Shown piece by piece: positions 36,273 through 52,117 of a DNA stretch of 64,000 nucleotides. Source of the stretch: Paragordius varius (taxonomy: Eukaryota; Animalia; Nematomorpha); NCBI GenBank assembly GCA_964247055.1, contig OZ176051.1, positions 5,456,001 through 5,520,000 on the forward strand. Direction: 5' to 3'. Under the pieces are notes generated by a model. That model was given only the letters and a program-made list of their open reading frames with translations. It was not told where the DNA came from and searched no databases. The translations under genes were made by a program, and so were the position numbers. The number at the start of each line of letters is the position of its first letter. Position 1 is the stretch's first letter.

Positions 36273-37666
36273 TATATAACACGGTATGAAAACCATTCCC
36301 ATGCAATTAGTTAGAGCGAAACTGCTGTAATTTATTCCATAAATCTAAACTGGACAAGTGTCCTCGTCTCTTATTTTTTCCTATTCGCCAAATAACTAGG
36401 TATCAATAATTTGTATCTAAAATAAAATTCCATTTTTGTAAATTTTTATTTTTTGATTTAAATGTTATAAAAGGATAAAAAAATTTGTGGAGAAGAGATT
36501 TAAATAAATTAAAGATCTATCTATGCATGCTTATATCTATATGTGTGTTTGTCCGTGTGATTTATAATGATTAAAATGTGTGTAAATTTGCAATTTTTGT
36601 GATAAAATTTTTTTGACACAATGTTTCCGACGGATTAAATCATATTATATTTATTTTAGTTTAAAATTTTTTTTAACTGGGATTATTGAAACGTATAAAT
36701 TATGGTTTAATTAATTAAATATGCTAAAAAAACTCCTTAAAGCAAAATAATTTTTGAAACGGTTCTCTACGCTAAAATTGTTAAAATAAATATTTATTAT
36801 CTATCTTTTGTCAGGTTATGTATTCGATTTTAGAATTGTGCTCAAGCCATTTTTGGATCCGTTTCTGATCAATTTTCCTCCAGCTTTTTTTGTGAATATT
36901 TTTTTACAAATCGCGGTTTGGAAAAAAAATTGTTTCAAATTGCATTATCAGTGCAGTTTATTTCCCGCCCACAAAAAAGATATATAAATCAGAAAAAGTT
37001 TTGAATCTCAAATAATAAAATAAAAAGTATATTAAGAAAATCAAAACAAAACAGGTAATAATCGGTATATCAAAAAAATTTTGTAAACGATAAAAAATAT
37101 CTTGTGCTTCGAATATTTTTTTTAACTACTTTTACAGAATAAACGTTCCATCAACGATTAGTTTAATACATTAATTTTTATAAGCTTTTTGGCCTTGGGG
37201 TTAGATAGGGGTAAGGTAAAATATAATTTTTATATTTTTGTATAAAAATATATTGTTGTACTTGATGAGGGACGAAATTTGTCCTCCAAAAAAAGGATAA
37301 TTGGGTTATGGCTTAAACAATAACCGGTTTTTGTTGAGTTTTTTTTCGTTTGTCCCTAAATAAATATTTGCATATGTTACATAATATAATAAGTAAATTT
37401 AATTTATTGTATATGATAATAAATTTGTATTTAGTCAAGTTAAATAATTTATTTTCTATATAATTCTTTTATCCAATATCAGGTAACATGTATATTAGAT
37501 TATTTAAAATATAATTTTCGCAGTGATAGGTATACATGTAATTTTGAGTCATGACATATAAACTGAATTCAGACTATTCGTTTAAAAATGGTAAAAATAA
37601 ATTGTAATTATTAACCAATTTAAATTCTGGCTAATTTAATGTTTATTTTTTATTTTAAATTGTATA

Positions 37667-38337
37667 TCTATATATTTACAAAAATGGAAAATGCTGGCTT
37701 TGTGATCTGGTACAGGAAAACCGGTAGACCCATTCAAATCCAAACTTCGAAAAAATATAATCATTAATGAATGCCCCGACAATAGCTTCGCCCTTTTTTT
37801 TGAAATAGGCCCCCAGTTCGGGCCCACCCCGTATGAAAAACGGGTTTTTTTTTTGAAAACAGAAGTCCACAAAAATCGTGTCTTTGAGACAATTTTCCGG
37901 AGAACGTGTGGGACCATTCAATTTCAAATATGATTTTTATTTAGTTATTTTCGATTGCGCCGAACATAGTCGTCTCGCTTTTTTGATTTAGGCCCTCTTT
38001 TTACCCGCTCCCCCCGTAAAATGCCACCTTTTTCAAAAAACAAAGTCCACAAAAATAATTTTTTAAATCGATTTTTCGCCCTAGGTATGAGACCATAAAA
38101 ATTCTATATAGATTCAACGTATTCCCTGTTGAAAGGCAAAAATTTTAGTCAAGCGTTTCTTTGATGATAGCTGCTGGATAAGGAGCTACCCGCTAAAAAC
38201 TGATTCCTCATGTAACTTTGTGATCTGCTACCGGAAAACCGGTAGACCCATTCAAATTCAAACTTCGAACCCCCCCCCCCCTCCCCAGAAGACTGAAGGA
38301 CTTCCTCGGGCTGCGTAGCAGCACGAGATTTACGCTA

Positions 38338-38338
<1 letters not shown>
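37667..38338 (+). mobile_element. Non-autonomous Helitron (672 bp), private to unit 2
   Basis: A|TCTATATATTTACAAAAATGG start; hairpin CTCGGGCTGC-gta-GCAGCACGAG, then CTAG|T end; no TSD; sits inside a (TA)n tract that is uninterrupted in units 1, 3 and 4. Confidence 0.92.
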
Positions 38339-38375
<37 letters not shown>

Positions 38376-41300
38376 AATCCAGATTGGTATTTATAATTAT
38401 TATACAATATATTTTTTAAATTTGAAAAGAGAATGCTTGAATTTCTTCATCATAAACTACATTCTTTCCAAAAAATAGGATCATCAACTGTTAAATAATT
38501 AATAAATATAAAATTAATGCCTAAGTAAAAAAAATATTTTTTTATTAAATTTATATTATTTGATGGATTAAATTTTTGGTATATTTATATTCTTGGAAAA
38601 TTTTGACATTCTCCAGGTCAAATGAAATTCATATTATATTATTCAATTTTAGCTAGCTAGTATGGATTGTTAACTATTTTTCATACTAAATTTTTATGTT
38701 GTCAAAGCATTTTATATAATTTGAAATTAATCCAACAAGCAATTAAGAATTTTTAGTGAAAATGTCATTGTTTTGATTCATGATTATGATAATATTAGCT
38801 ATTACTTTATCAACAAGGTGCATATTGCTTGATTCTCAAACTCTAGAATTTTTTTAAAATCGGATTAATTAATTGTCTTTTATAAAATGTATAAAAATTT
38901 AAATTAATCATTTATTTTCAATCAGATGACCGTTTCACATAACGAAAAAATACACAATACAATATAAACCAAAAATCAATACTAAAATGAAATATTTGAA
39001 TGTGTCACCTGTTATTTTATTATAAAAAATGTTAAATTTATAATGCTGCAATATAATATTGATAATAATGATTGTTTTTTTCGAACATCTAATCTATATA
39101 TATAAATCAAATTTGTCGTATTTTTATATCAAAAGTTATGTTGTTTGCATTTTTTTTCGTTTGAGCAGTGAGACAGGACTTAACAGTTTATTTTATCGCG
39201 CTATTTTTAGTATATGTAATTTATGAGATAATGAAATGATTTAAATTGTGATACATAGATAATCTGATTTATTTACAATGTATTTACAATGTAACTACTT
39301 GTATTTTTATTAAGCACCAATCAAGGTTAATGATTAGTGTCAAAACGCTATTTTGTTTTTTTTTATAAAACGGATTGGGAGTTAAATTCATGCTTAAATA
39401 TAATTTTTGATTATAGTGTTACAATTTATTGCGCCTTGACGCTCGGAAATTCCGTATAGAATTATTAATGGGTACGTTTTTTCGTTATATTTTATTACAT
39501 TATTTGACGTATTCACATTATTTAGGACCAATTTGTAAAACACAGTAGTATATGAGTAAAGACAACAAACTGTTTAAATTAAACCATTTGTCCCTATCTT
39601 ACAACATTAATTTGTTCATTTAATAGTGGACAAGATCTGTTTTATAACCCACGCTACTATATATTACAAATTAGACAACAATAATGTAAATATAGCATCA
39701 ATGTTTAATTTATATCATTTAATATTTGGATACGATTATACTATGCGGCATATTTTTAATAATATATTTTAATCTTTTTAATATTTCTTTATTGGGAGCA
39801 AATTGAATTGATAATTAATACCAAGAAGTGCGGTGTACATAATATGATAATGTATTGATTTTTTGATTAAACCTAATTTTAAGTTTTTGACACTCTAAAT
39901 TCTTTGACATTGTCGTCCAATTTTTCAAAATTGATATGATCTTTTAAATTACTTTTAAATTAATCAATTTTACCAGGTAGAAAATAATTATTGAATTATA
40001 TTGGTTTTAGTTTATGGTGAAACTATAAGTCTTTTAAAAAAATATTTAACCATATATATATATGGTACGTAATTATATTACAGCAGTTAAATACAAAATA
40101 ATTTCCCCTGTGTATTGATTATATATATATATATATAGAGAGAGAATATTGTTCTTTGATCAAATTTATGTCGACTTACTTTCTAGCATTTTAAAATTTT
40201 CATAACAAGCGTAAGGTTAAAATTCTGAATTTTTTCCATTTTGGCGCAATATAAACTATTTTTAAACATTTTAATTTGGTTGAATATCATTTTATGTTTT
40301 CATTTACATATTTTACATACAAAAAACAAAAACAAAATGATTACTCTTATAAATATTAATTTTTTTCTAGTACAAAAAATTTTCAAATTTTTCTAAAAGA
40401 AATTATACTTTTAAACCACGCAAAAGTTAGCATATAAAACGAAATAAAATAAATAAGTAGGGGATTAAGTCGCTCGCTAGGCTTGAATTAAATATTAGCC
40501 ATGAAAAAAAAGCTCTCATTTGTCATAATAATAGTTTTCTCTTCCAGTTAAATAATTTTAATTATGTTTTTTTATCTCTTGCCAAATAAAATATTTGATG
40601 GTTTTTATAGAGAGTTACTCTTTTTTTGACATAGAATTTAAATGAGCTAGCTACCTTTATTTTATATAAAAAATGAAATTATATAGCTAATTAAAGATAA
40701 TTAAATTAAAAATTTATAAAATTTAAAATTAAATATGTACATATTTTACAAATGCCAATGTCTACGAAGCCAAATTAATAGAGAAAAAAACACTAATTTT
40801 TACCAATTCATAATATATATATATACATCGAAAGCATCCCAAAATTATTTTAAAAAAAGCTTAAAAACAAATCGGGACATAACAAAACGACATTTGAAAT
40901 GAATGTCGCCTAATTGTCAATATAAATAAGTTGATCCATGTAATAATATAATTATTTAATATGGCACCCTGAAATGTCAAATTAGCCTAAAAATATTAGT
41001 CATTTAAAAAAAGTTTAAAATATTGATATTTTACACTTATTTGACAATAACCTTCCCTAATAACAATAAATGGCAATTAAAAAGTAATTAATTTATTTAC
41101 ATTACGTTAATATAAAAAACACTTAAATAACAAATTTCTAAAATATATCAATATGTAAAATATGTTATAATTTATTTTAATGAATTTATTTTATTTTTAA
41201 TTTAAAATTTTATTTTCAAAAAAACTTGGAGTAATTTCTATGCAAGAACCCAAAATTACAGTTGTAAGTCTCGATTTCGATGAAAATCCAATTTTAACAT

Positions 41301-44300
41301 ACAGCTGATTTTGGAGTCAAAATACTGTTAAAATATACGGCATAATTTTATTTTTTAACTATAATACATTTTTATTACCTACATTTAGCTAATTAAATCA
41401 ATGGCGCTTAATTAAAACATTAGAAATTTTTTTTAGTATATTGCACCTTAAAGACTATGTTCTAAATTAGCCAAATATAATAGATGATTTTTGTGTTATT
41501 TAATTGTCCCCAAAGTATAAAGGCTTTCATTTTAAAAATAGAGTTTGTTTCTTATTTACAAATATGTTTCCTCATCCAGAAAATTGCAACTCAAATGCAG
41601 GAAATGATATTTAAATAGTCAAATCTATTTTACAAAAACATCAAACTAACCATATAGCTGTAATTTCAGACTTTTCCGCACCGTAACAAAATTTTAGATA
41701 CATTTTTTATTTCAAAAACCACTGGGTAAAGTTAACATAAATGGGTAATAATTTTCCAATTGATATAATGTAACATCCCACTTTTTATCCAAAAGCTAAA
41801 TTTTTTTTGATTTAAGAAGCAAAAAAATTATAAATCCAAATATTCAACTCTATGTTTAATATGTACATTTATCATCATATTTCTCAATTAATATTGTTAT
41901 CTGTTTTTGTGATATAACATATGAATAATCTCGAAGCTTGTAATCAGTTTTCTTACAAATTTATATGTTTTGAACTACAGAAACCCCTATGAGTTCCAAA
42001 ATTTTACAAATTAGTTTATAAGTATTTAGCAGTTTCCCTCAGCAGGCACCTATTCCATATTTTCTAGTTTTTTGACACCTAGTATTTAATCACAAAATTG
42101 CTTTAATAATTAACAAAGCTTTAGATTTTTATCTTTCTATTAGAGGGACCATTTTGATTTGCATTTTTTCAATTAACGGAAAAATGAGGAAATATTTTTA
42201 CCTTAAAACCATATTGTATTTTGACTTCTTTTTTCTGCCACTAATTGATTCTAATCCATGTTATAAAATCTTATGCTGACTGCATCAAATTAAACAATTT
42301 AATTCTTTCTGCATACGATTCCAATTTAATCATTGCTCTATATTTTTCTATTATATATATAGTAAAATTTTTAAAAGTTATTTTATCATATAAAAATAAA
42401 GCGGCAAAATTATTATAGGATCAATCATCGTTACTTATTCTTTTTTTCAGATGGATAATAAAAGAACTATATTTTACATAAATGCAAAATCGCTTTGAAG
42501 TTTTGACATTAATGAAATGAAAATATATATCTTGATAGGTAGGGAGCAAGAAAGTTATTATTATTTAATTTATTAAATATTTTTATTCAATTCGGACGCC
42601 ATTATGTTTCAATCAACATTTATTGTTTTAAATAATTTAATCGGTTATTTGATTGAATCGATTGAAAATCAATATTTCCTTTTTTTATATTTAAAAGATA
42701 TAAACTTCTTACAATCATAAACATCGCGTTAAAAAACCTCTGTTCATTTGATTAATAGATTTTAATTCGGATAATTTAAAAAAGTAAAATTATTTATATA
42801 TAATCTAAGATGGGTATATAATTATTTTTTTAAAATTTCCGTTAGTTTTAAATAAAATTTCACTTTGAACCCTAAGAAAATGCTAAATGCCTTAATCCGA
42901 AGATAAGCCACTCAATAAAATGTTTCGGAATTAATTTTACTTCATCAGTATATAAATGTTTTATAATATTTTGTAGTTTGCCCCTCTGTAATATTCTTAT
43001 AAGTCTTTTAGCTGTTGCCTAATGATCTTAGTCGTCACTTTGTTAGCTAACTTTAGCCATCTATTTAGTCAAGGATTGTTTTTCATAATAAATTTTGGGT
43101 ACATTGTCTCAATTTTAATATAATTTATATGCTTCAAATATGTGGACAATTAAAATTTTTATTTTTATCGCTGTTAACTCTTAATTAAATTCGTCAATTA
43201 GAAATTATTGTGTTTCAATTCCTAAAAAATATGAAAAACTTAAATGCCTTATATTATGAGGCAAAAATGGTTATAACTTTGGAGGGGATTGGCTAAGATA
43301 ATGAATTCAAAAAAGATTGGGACCCAATGATCTAAATAAAATATAAAAATTTTACCTACTAGTCTTAAACGTAATTCTAACTTCCATAAAATCATAAAAG
43401 ATTACAAAATGTTTGCCATATTTTATAAGAAAATAACATAAAATTATAGGTATAAAAAACTCATTATAATTACAATCTTGATTCGCATGTCCTGTCTAAT
43501 TGTCCTTGCAAAACAGTTTTAGTATTTCTTAGCTGCTTTTTTAATTATATTTTAGTGATCACATTCGTTAATTTATTCATTTTTTCTTAGTTAAAAAAAT
43601 CACGGATGGAATCTTTTCCATCAATCTACTACCATATATATATAGTTACTTTACTCCCTCAAATAATAACGTTTAACAATCAATTGTAGGGAATGCCAGA
43701 ATACTTATTAAATGGTTTTTTATGTCTAAAAACAACATTATAAAAGAGGTTTAGATGGTTGTATATCTGAATTCAACATATAATACAGTAAGAGTGAATA
43801 TAAATTGCTACTCTTTTCTTACCAAATATTGCTAGATAGCATATGCAGCAAAGAGAATCATTTTTTGGTTAATAGTAGTAAAAAGCGGAAAAAATAGTCA
43901 ATAATACTGCCCTTTGCTGAATATGTTCTTTGCCAATATAATTAATGAAAAATTAGCACGGTATACTTACTCATACTGTATTAATAACTGTTATTCAAGT
44001 CTATAAACATTATAAATCAGGATGATGTGGTGTTTTATATCTGAAATTTGATATAACCCCAAGCAATCTAAATGTAAATTAATTTGGTTTTAGGATATTT
44101 CAAATAGAATAATAGATTACATTTGCAATTACCCAGTGTATAAACATATATACAATAAACTACTATTAATCAATAATAAATATGTATGTGAGAGACTCGA
44201 TTACAGTGTTTATTAATTGCCATAATAAATCGAAAAAATATACTTTCAGCATATCAATAATAGAAACATCTATTATTGATTGCAATAATATATTTTGTTT

Positions 44301-47300
44301 ATATAATATAATGGTAAAATAGGAAAAAAATGGATTTCCTGATAAAATAGTTGAATTGTTTTCAGTTAAATGTTAATTTCGGTTGTTTAACGAATTAACC
44401 AAACGAGAAATCAATTTTTCGGTAAAAGGGTAAACCCAACAATTTAAAGTTAAATGGCAAACATAGACAAGCCCTTTTTATTGGCGCCTAAGTTCATCCC
44501 CACCCGCTGTATATTTTTTTGCAAATTTAGTTGTTAAAAAGCCAGGTCAACTTCATTTAGTCCCCTTTTAAACTCAGGATGTTTTAGCACCCAATATTTA
44601 AAATTATATTAAAAATACTTCTAGAAAGGTATTAGTTTTCTAATACATTTTTCAAATACGTTTCTATTTTATATTTTAGTTGATATAATCATCCCAGAAA
44701 ATGATGATTGTAATTTTCAGGATTATCTACATTTCCTAGTGATTTTTTGGCATCTCATAATATTCCTTAGTCTAAGTTATCACCATGAACGCACACCGTA
44801 TCGTATATCAATATTAGAATCATCAAAATTACCTGTATTAATATCACTAAGATTGCTAATTTCAAACAATGCTTCCAACATTAATTTGTGATCTATACTA
44901 TGATAATATAATATATAAATAAATTTATCCATAATTAAAAATAATTTTCTTATTGATTGAAAAATATCGGTTGATTATATTTTGAGTGATTTAATAGTAA
45001 TAATCTTTTAAACCTCTAAAATTTTTAATTTTAATATAATTTTGCCATACCGCGATGTTTTATGTGAATATAGATTATTTTTATTGGTGTATTTAAATTA
45101 CATATAAAACCGAAAAACATTGACTTTTACCTGTCTTTATTATTGTATGTCAAAAATATTAAAAACATGAATTAACAATGCAAAACCTAAAAACAAATTG
45201 GAAATAACATAAATTTTATTTAACTAAAATATTTTTACCTGTATTTATTAATATATCAAAAAAAGGAAAATTTTGATAATTAACGATGCAATACCAAAAA
45301 AATAATAAAAACTCACAAATATTTTCTGTTTTGATAATTATAACAAAAATATTTTAAAATTATTTTTAATTAATGCATTACAGAAAAACCAAAAAAATTT
45401 AAATCTAAATGATTTTACCTGTTTTTATTAAAGTATGTAAAAATAAAATTATTTATAATTACCAAAGTTAAATAAAAAACTAAAAAAATTTAATTTGAAT
45501 TTATTAAAAACCGAATTTTTACCTGTAATTTTTATAATGTCCAAATAGTACATAATTACAATTAACAATGCAAAACCAAAAAAATTAAATTTTTAAAATT
45601 TATTAAAAACCGAATTTTTACCTGTAATAAATAAAATTTACAAAAATGTAGAATTAGTTACAATTAATGCAAAACCAAAAAAAAACAAAAAAAATTTAAT
45701 TTTTACCAAATTTATTAAAAACCGCAATTTTAATTATTAAAATGTAAGTGTGTAGTATTAATTACAATTAACAATGTTAAATAAAAAAACAAAGAAATTT
45801 TATTTTTACCAAATTTATTAAAAACCGCAATTTTTACCTGTATTTATAAAATGTTCAAAATATGTAGTATTAACAATGTTAAATCAAAAAACAAAAATTA
45901 AATTTGACTATTTATTAAAAACGCAATTTTTACCTGATTAAAATTTAAAAATTATTTAACAATGCAAAACATAAAAAGAAAAATAATCTAAAATTAACTT
46001 ATTTTTTCACAAATATATATTACCTGTGTTTTTAAGTAGTAATAACAACTATATAAAATAATACCAATTTTGATTAATACAGGTATTTATCATGTTGAAA
46101 AGTATTAATTATTAAATAAATAATTAGGAATAATTAACATAATAATATTAAAATAACTATTTTACTATTTATTAATTTATTAAAGATAAAAACCCACAAA
46201 TTTCCGCATCTAAATACGTAACAACAATATTTCAAATGTTAACATAAATTCCTATAATATTCTCAAAATTTAACATTACAAAATACATCAAATTAAAGCC
46301 TATGTCAAATCTCACGTCAATCCTCTTTCATATGTGTACTACGAAATAATTTTGTGGGTCAGTATTTTACGCATTTGATGAACCATTTATGTTATTTGAC
46401 TGGCAATAATATTACTTAACATACAATTAAAATGCATACTGTATATCATTTGATAAAATTAAAAATTTATAAAAATTTAATCAAAGATAATCAATTATTT
46501 TTTGGAAAAGGGTTGGGATGCAGATCATTAACCATGTAATTGTCCCAATTGGGTAAATTGGGGTAGGTAGTTAACTACCCCTAACTTAAGTAAAATATAT
46601 TTCATAAACTAGGGAATATTAAAATATAATTATAGTGAAAATCACTTATACCAAAATCATCAAATATGAATTAATACTTATTTTTTTATGGTTCCTATTA
46701 AAGATCGGCATGAGATTAATCATAAGTGTCAAATGTACATGATAAAATAGGAAAATTTTTAGCCATTAGTTATCCTTCAAACTGCAAAAAATACGATTAA
46801 AGTATGAAAGTCTCAAATTGGGCAACGTTCCTTAAAATTTTTCGCGCTATATTATTTATTTGCATCTTTATGAAATTAACAGTTTAAACATTAGAACTTT
46901 ACTATTTTCCTCATTTTGGAAAGGAACAGTTATAAATAATTTGGGATCCACTTGGTGATGATAGATATCTTTTGGTTTAATAAAAATTCCGGGGGTATTT
47001 GAGACTTGGACTATAACTTTTTGTTTCTAAATATCTATCCGAGCTGATGAATTGATGTGCTGGAATTTTTTTATCTGATCTAAATCGCGTAATTTAGGCA
47101 TTACATTTATAGCTTCTTTTACTGAACCTAACATGATTGTCATTTTCTAACTTATATGTATTCAATACATACCACTTTGTCTGGGCCTAATTAACTCTAG
47201 TGCTTTATCATTTTTTCAAATTTATGTTCCCACTGATTACCTAACACATACCTATATTCCATAATTCAAATAGGCTAAATCTATCCCAATCACTTTTCTG

Positions 47301-50232
47301 AGGGTGAGTGACTCACAGATGAATGCATTAAGGATAAATATTGCTTTTATGACTCGTTAAAATTGCAATTCTTTCAAAAATATAAAAAAATGGCAAGCCA
47401 CAGAAAGAATGTAGAGGGGGGCACGTTAGACTCCCTTTTCCTAGGGAAATAAAATGAATATATTTGTATAAAATTTTAACATCCGATTTTATGTATATAT
47501 TTATATTTTCACATCTTTTTATTTATTATCTTTGGGAAAAAAAACTTATAGTACTTTTAATTATTATTATTATGAATATTATCACACTTTATCGATCAAT
47601 ATAATATAAAATAAGAATTGGCCATTTTCTGCTCTCAAAGATTTTGAGAGTGACATAAGGTCAGATCATTGATCTTTTCTCCAAAATTTTATTATGTCAT
47701 ATAATTATATCCATAAAAACATTTATGATATACCACAGAAAATATTATTGTGACATCATCCGATCTTTTGAATTTATAGCTATCTATTTTTGCTTTTTAG
47801 TAAATTATTGGAAAGAAAAATATCTTTATAATAAAATTTTAATTATAATATATATAAATATACCACAAATTAAAATTGGATTTATTTATCAATAGATGGA
47901 TATTCCAAAGAGGTATGTATCTATTAATAGTCGTCTTCTAAAATTTATAATTATATTTTACCTAGATTGAAATTAGGACATTTAACTTAATATCTTAGAC
48001 AATAATAATAATTTATAATTTAAATTTCTTTCCAAAAAATTAAATTTTTAGTTAAAAAAAATAATTATTATTTATACCAATGTTATAAATTAATTAACTT
48101 TACGCAATCTATTCCATAAAATCCTCTATTTTTTTATATTTTTTTAATAATTTTTTATTTTTATCCATATATATATATATATATATATAATATATATATA
48201 ATCAAAAAATCTAATTTATTTTTATCTTAGTTTAAGGAAAATATATATCTTTTATAATAATTTTATTATTTATAATCGGAATTATGGATAAAAACTCTAC
48301 TACCTATGTTATACATATAATATTAAAAAAAATAGATAAATATTAAAGTGGTTTAGGTAATGAATGATTAAACTTTGCAAAAAAACTTCTGGTCTGGGTT
48401 CAGACATTTATTTTGGCTTTTTCATAGGTCCTCTACTACAAATATATCTCCCTTATCCTTTTTTTAATTTTCAAAATTCAACAGAAACTTTAAACTATAT
48501 ATCCAAAATTCATAAGTCACACACAATATATACCATAACTAATAAAATTAGGCTGGTATTCATAACTATGCAAACCTTACTTGGACAGTTTTTGCTTTCT
48601 GTTTGAAATTATAAAACACAAGAAGAGACACGAAAATGATTGATTATGTATGTTTACATAAGAACGACAAACTACAAACTAATTATTTCATAACAAATGT
48701 AACTAAGTTAACGTGGAAAATAAATGTATAGCTAAAGGCTTAAACACATTGGTCTAATATAAAAGAATGTGCACTGAATAGCCAAAAAAACTTGATTGAT
48801 ATAAATTTAATAAATATATATACACAATATATATAACATGGTATGAAAACCATTTCCATGCAATTAGTTAGAGCGAAACTGCTGTAATTTATTCCATAAA
48901 TCTAAACTGGACAAGTGTCCTCGTCTCTTATTTTTTTACTATTCGCCAAATACCTAGGTATCAATAATTTGTATCTAAAATAAAATTCCATTTTTGTAAA
49001 TTTTTTTCATTTTTATTTTTTGTTTTAAATGTTAAAAAAGGATAAAAAAATCTGTTTTAAGATGGAGAGGAGAGATTTAAATAAATTAAAGATCTATCTA
49101 TGCATGCCTAACTATATATGTGTGTTTGTCCGTTTGATTTATAATGATTAAAATGTTTTGCGATAAACACTTACACAGTGTTTCCGACGAATTAAATCAT
49201 ACTATATTTATTTTAGTCGAAAATTTTTTTTTTCAAATTGGGATTATTGAAACGTATAAATTATGGTTTAATTAATTAAATATGTGAAAAAAAACTCTTT
49301 GAAGCAAAAAAGGTTTTAAAATGGTCTTCTACGCTAAATTTTTAAAATAATTTTTATAATCTATCATTTATCAGGTTATGTATTCGATTTTAGAATTCTA
49401 TACTCAAGCCCTTTTTGGCTCCGTTTCCGAGTCAATTTTTCGCTCCGGTTTTTTTATAGTTATTTTTTTACAAATCGTAGTTTGCAAAAAAAATGTTTCA
49501 AAATTCATTATCAGTGCAGTTTATTTCCCAGCCCACAAAAAATATATGTAACCCACGAAAAGTTTTATATCTTAAATAACAAAATAAGAAAAGATATTAA
49601 AACTTGGCCATAAAAATCAAAACAAAACAAGTAATAATCGGTATATCAAAAAATTTTTGTAAACGATAAAAAAAGCTTGTGCTTCGAATATTTTCTTTAA
49701 CTACTCTTACAAAATAAACCATCTTCCATTAACGATTAATTTAATACATTAATTTTTATAAGCATTTTGGCCTTGGGGTTAGGTAGGGGTAAGGTAAAAT
49801 ATAATTTTTATATTTTAGTATAAAAATATATTGATGTACATTGATGAGGGACAAAATTTGTCCTCCAAAAAATGGTAATTGGGTTATGGCTTAAACAATA
49901 ACCGGTTTTTGTTGGGTTTTTCGTTTGTCCCTAAATAAATATTTGCATATGTTACATAATATAAGAAGCAAAATTAATTTAATGTATATGATAATAAATT
50001 TGTATTTAGCCAAGTTAAATAATTTATTTTCTATAAAATAATTCTTTCCAATATCAAGTAACATGTATATTTGATTATTTAAAATTAAAATTTAATTTTC
50101 GCAGTGATTGGTATATATTTAATGGTAAAGTTAATACATATAAACTTACAGACTAATCGTTTAAAATGGTAAAAATAAAGTGTAATTATTTACCAATTTA
50201 AATTCTTTATGTTTATTTTATACAAAAATATT

Positions 50233-50236
<4 letters not shown>

Positions 50237-50301
<65 letters not shown>
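50237..50301. repeat. (TA)n microsatellite (empty site of the unit-2 Helitron)
   Basis: Direct reading; flanks match 37655 and 38374. Confidence 0.95.
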
Positions 50302-50302
<1 letters not shown>

Positions 50303-52074
50303 TCTAATCCAGAATGGTATAATTTATAATTATTATACAATATATTTTTTAAATTTGAAAAGAGAATGCTTAAATTTTTTCATCATAAACTACATTCTTT
50401 CCAAAAAATAGGATCATCAACTGTTAAATAATTAATAAGGATAAAATTAATGCCTAAGAAAATAAATATTTTTTTATTAATATCATCTTATTTGATGGAT
50501 TAAATTTTTGGTATATTTATATTCTTGGAAAATTTTGACATTATCCAGGTCAAATGAAATTCATATTATATTATCCAATTTTAGTTAGCTAGTATGGATA
50601 GTTAACTATTTTTTCATAATAAATTTTAAAGTTGTCAACGCAATTTATTTAATTTGAAATTAATCCAACAAGCATTTAAGAATTTTTAGTGAAAATGTCA
50701 TTGTTTTGATTCATGATTATAATAATATTGAGTATTACTTTTCAACAAGGATGTAAATTTTAATGGTTGAATCTTAAACTATAGATTTTTTTAATATCAA
50801 ATTAATTAATTATTAAAATCTATAAGAATATTTAAATTAATCATTTATTTAATCGGATGACCGTTTCACATGGCGAAAAAAATACACAATACAAACCAAA
50901 AATCAATACTAAAATAAAATATTTGAACGTGTCACCTGTTATTTTATTATAAAAAATGTTTAAAATATAATATTGATAATAATGATTGTTTTTTTTCGAA
51001 CATCATATATATATATATATATACATATATATATAAATCAAATTTGTCGTCTTTTTATCTTTGATATACTTTGTTCCCTTCAAAAGTTGTGTTGTTTTTT
51101 GCAACTTTTTTTCGTTTAAGTAGTGAGACAGGACTTAACAGTTTATTTTATCGCGCTATTTTTAGTATATGTAATTTATGAGATAGATAATGATATAGTC
51201 TAGATTGATACATAGATAATCTGATTTATTTACAATGTATTTACAATGTAACTACTTGTATTTTTATTACGCACCAATCAAGGTTGATGATTAGTGTCAA
51301 AACGCTATTTCGTTTTTTTTTCATAAAACGGATTGGGACTTAAATTCATGCTTAAATATAATTTTTGATTATAATGTTACAATTTATTGCGACTTGACGT
51401 TCTGAAATTCCGTATAGAATTATTAATGGGTACGTTTTTTCGTTATATTTTATTACAGTATTCACAATCATGTTGACCTATTCACATTATTATGGACCAA
51501 TTTGTAATACACAGTAGTATATGGGTAAAAATACAAACTGTCTAAATTAAACAATTTCTCCCTATCTTACAACATTAATTTGTTCATTCAATAGTGGACA
51601 AGATCTGTTTTATAACCCACGCTACTATATATTACAAATTAGACAACAATAATGTAAATATAGCATCAATGTTTTTAAAATTTGGATACGAAATTATACT
51701 ATGCGGCGTATTTTTAATAATATATTTTGATCCTTTCGATATTTATTTATGGAGCAAATTGAATTGATAATTAATACCAAGAACTGCGGTGCACATAATA
51801 TGGCTAATTATATGACTTTTTGATTAAATTTAATTATAAGTTTTTGACACTCGATTAAATTCTTTGACATTGTCGTCCAATTTTTCAAAATTGATATGAT
51901 CTTTTAAATTACTTTGAAATTAATCATTTTTTTCACCAGGTAGAAAATAATTATTGAATTTTATTGGTTTTATATGGTGAAACTATAAGTCTTTTACAAT
52001 ATTTAACCAATATATATATGGTACGTAATTATATTACAGCAGTTAAATACAAAATAATTTCCCCTGTGTATTAG

Positions 52075-52117
<43 letters not shown>

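Noticed and set aside
37636-37927. ORFs 37636-37917(-) and 37676-37927(-)
   Set aside because: They lie within the non-autonomous Helitron, show no Rep/helicase motifs, and arise from higher GC content.
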